Assembly (NCBI RefSeq): GCF_025398735.1
Contig: NZ_CP104694.1
Coordinates: 4,707,465-4,739,464, forward strand
Length of the DNA stretch: 32,000 nucleotides
Source of the DNA: Tahibacter amnicola
GTDB taxonomy: Bacteria > Pseudomonadota > Gammaproteobacteria > Xanthomonadales > Rhodanobacteraceae
Direction of reading: 5' to 3'
A program made the position numbers and the translations under genes. Position 1 is the first letter of the stretch; every line of letters starts with the position of its first letter. Under the pieces are notes generated by a model. It ran no database searches and was not told the origin of the DNA. It saw nothing but the letters and a program-made list of their open reading frames with translations. Positions 31,140-32,000 of this stretch are shown here, piece after piece.

Positions 31140-32000
31140 ATGTCCAATGAATCGAAATCGCGCCGGCAATTCCTGAAATACCTCGGCGGCGTGCTGTGCG
31201 CCGGCGGCGCCAGCGCCCTGATCCCGCAGCTGCGCCTGATGGGCTCGGCAATGGCCGCCACCAATGGCAACGTGCCGGGTTACCGCGCGCTGGTCTGCGT
31301 GTATCTCTCGGGCGGCAATGACTCGTTCAATACGCTGATTCCCTACGACACGACACGACACGCCGCCTATACCACCGCGCGCGGCGGTACCTACAACGCC
31401 GGAAACAACGCGGCAGGCCTGGGCATCGCACGTACGGACCTGACCAGTGCCGTCCAGATCACCGACTCGGCGACCGGCGCGCTGTACGCGCTCAACCCGG
31501 GCAATGCGAACTACCCGGCGGGCATGAGCGATCTGGCGACCCTGTACCGGCAGAATCGCGTGGCCTTCATCGCGAACGTGGGCACGTTGACGCGCCCCAT
31601 CACGAAGGCCGAGTACACCTCCACCCCTTCGCTGCGTCCGCCGCAACTGTATTCGCACAGCGACCAGGAAAACCTCTGGCACCTGGCGCGAACGACGAGT
31701 CATCACCTGGGCTGGGGCGGACAAGTTGCCGACCGCACCCGCCTGAACAACCTCAATCAGGCCTTGTCGCCGTGCATCTCCCTGGCCGGCTCCAATCGCT
31801 TCCAGGTCGGCGACGATACCTTCCCGTACCAGATGGCCAGCTCGGGCGTCACCGCGCTGCGCAACATTTACAATAATTCCAGCAGCACAGGCGGGACCTA
31901 CGGCCCGCAGCGCGCCGGCGCCCTCGACCTGCTGCTGGCGGACGCCAACCCCTCGCCGTTCACCGCCGAATACGGCCGTACGTTCAAGCGCGCGCGCGAG
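31140..32000 (+). CDS. DUF1501 family protein, 3'-partial, with Tat-like signal
   Basis: Open frame from ATG 31140 to the window edge, absent from the ORF track because it has no stop. MSNESKSRRQFLKYLGGVLCAGGASALIPQLRLMGSAMAA, ALVCVYLSGGNDSFNTLIPYD, YSHSDQENLWHLA; DUF1501 hallmarks. Confidence 0.92.
   Translation, partial: MSNESKSRRQFLKYLGGVLCAGGASALIPQLRLMGSAMAATNGNVPGYRALVCVYLSGGNDSFNTLIPYDTTRHAAYTTARGGTYNAGNNAAGLGIARTDLTSAVQITDSATGALYALNPGNANYPAGMSDLATLYRQNRVAFIANVGTLTRPITKAEYTSTPSLRPPQLYSHSDQENLWHLARTTSHHLGWGGQVADRTRLNNLNQALSPCISLAGSNRFQVGDDTFPYQMASSGVTALRNIYNNSSSTGGTYGPQRAGALDLLLADANPSPFTAEYGRTFKRARE

Noticed and set aside
29370-31724. 784-aa minus-strand ORF
   Set aside because: Antisense to the DUF1800 and DUF1501 genes, both with strong family motifs. 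No recognisable domain.

Overview
The window is about 32 kb, high-GC and densely coding. I read it as an ordinary chromosomal segment of a gammaproteobacterium, probably Lysobacterales/Xanthomonadales-like; that taxonomy is an inference from gene content and style. I see no convincing mobile element, CRISPR array, rRNA or tRNA. Order of genes: a Ser/Thr kinase-TPR protein truncated at the left edge, exonuclease I (sbcB), a DUF2461 protein, a GFA-family Zn protein divergent from a YafY/WYL-type regulator, a secreted lipase-like hydrolase, a DUF4785-like protein, an MFS transporter, a periplasmic beta-propeller diguanylate cyclase, a secreted cupredoxin fusion, an unassigned Cys-rich secreted protein, epmA and ligA on the minus strand, a TPR-like protein, yajD, an acyltransferase-3 protein divergent from a membrane LytTR regulator, a PhzF-like protein, a short c-type cytochrome-like protein, a small membrane protein, an acyl-CoA carboxyltransferase, an HscC-type Hsp70, a membrane J-like protein, and a DUF1800/DUF1501 pair whose second member runs off the right edge. 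The items most worth follow-up are: (1) the hscC plus membrane J-like gene pair, where HPD is replaced by RPD; (2) several perfect inverted repeats in regulatory positions, including one between the GFA gene and its divergent regulator, one upstream of DUF1800, and one next to a TATAAA box upstream of the MFS gene; (3) a PsrA-consensus-like site and a hairpin-plus-SD leader upstream of the lipase; (4) a recurring TANNNT-N6-start codon arrangement suggesting leaderless mRNAs; and (5) an unassigned secreted Cys-rich protein. I found nothing I can call a demonstrated new system.
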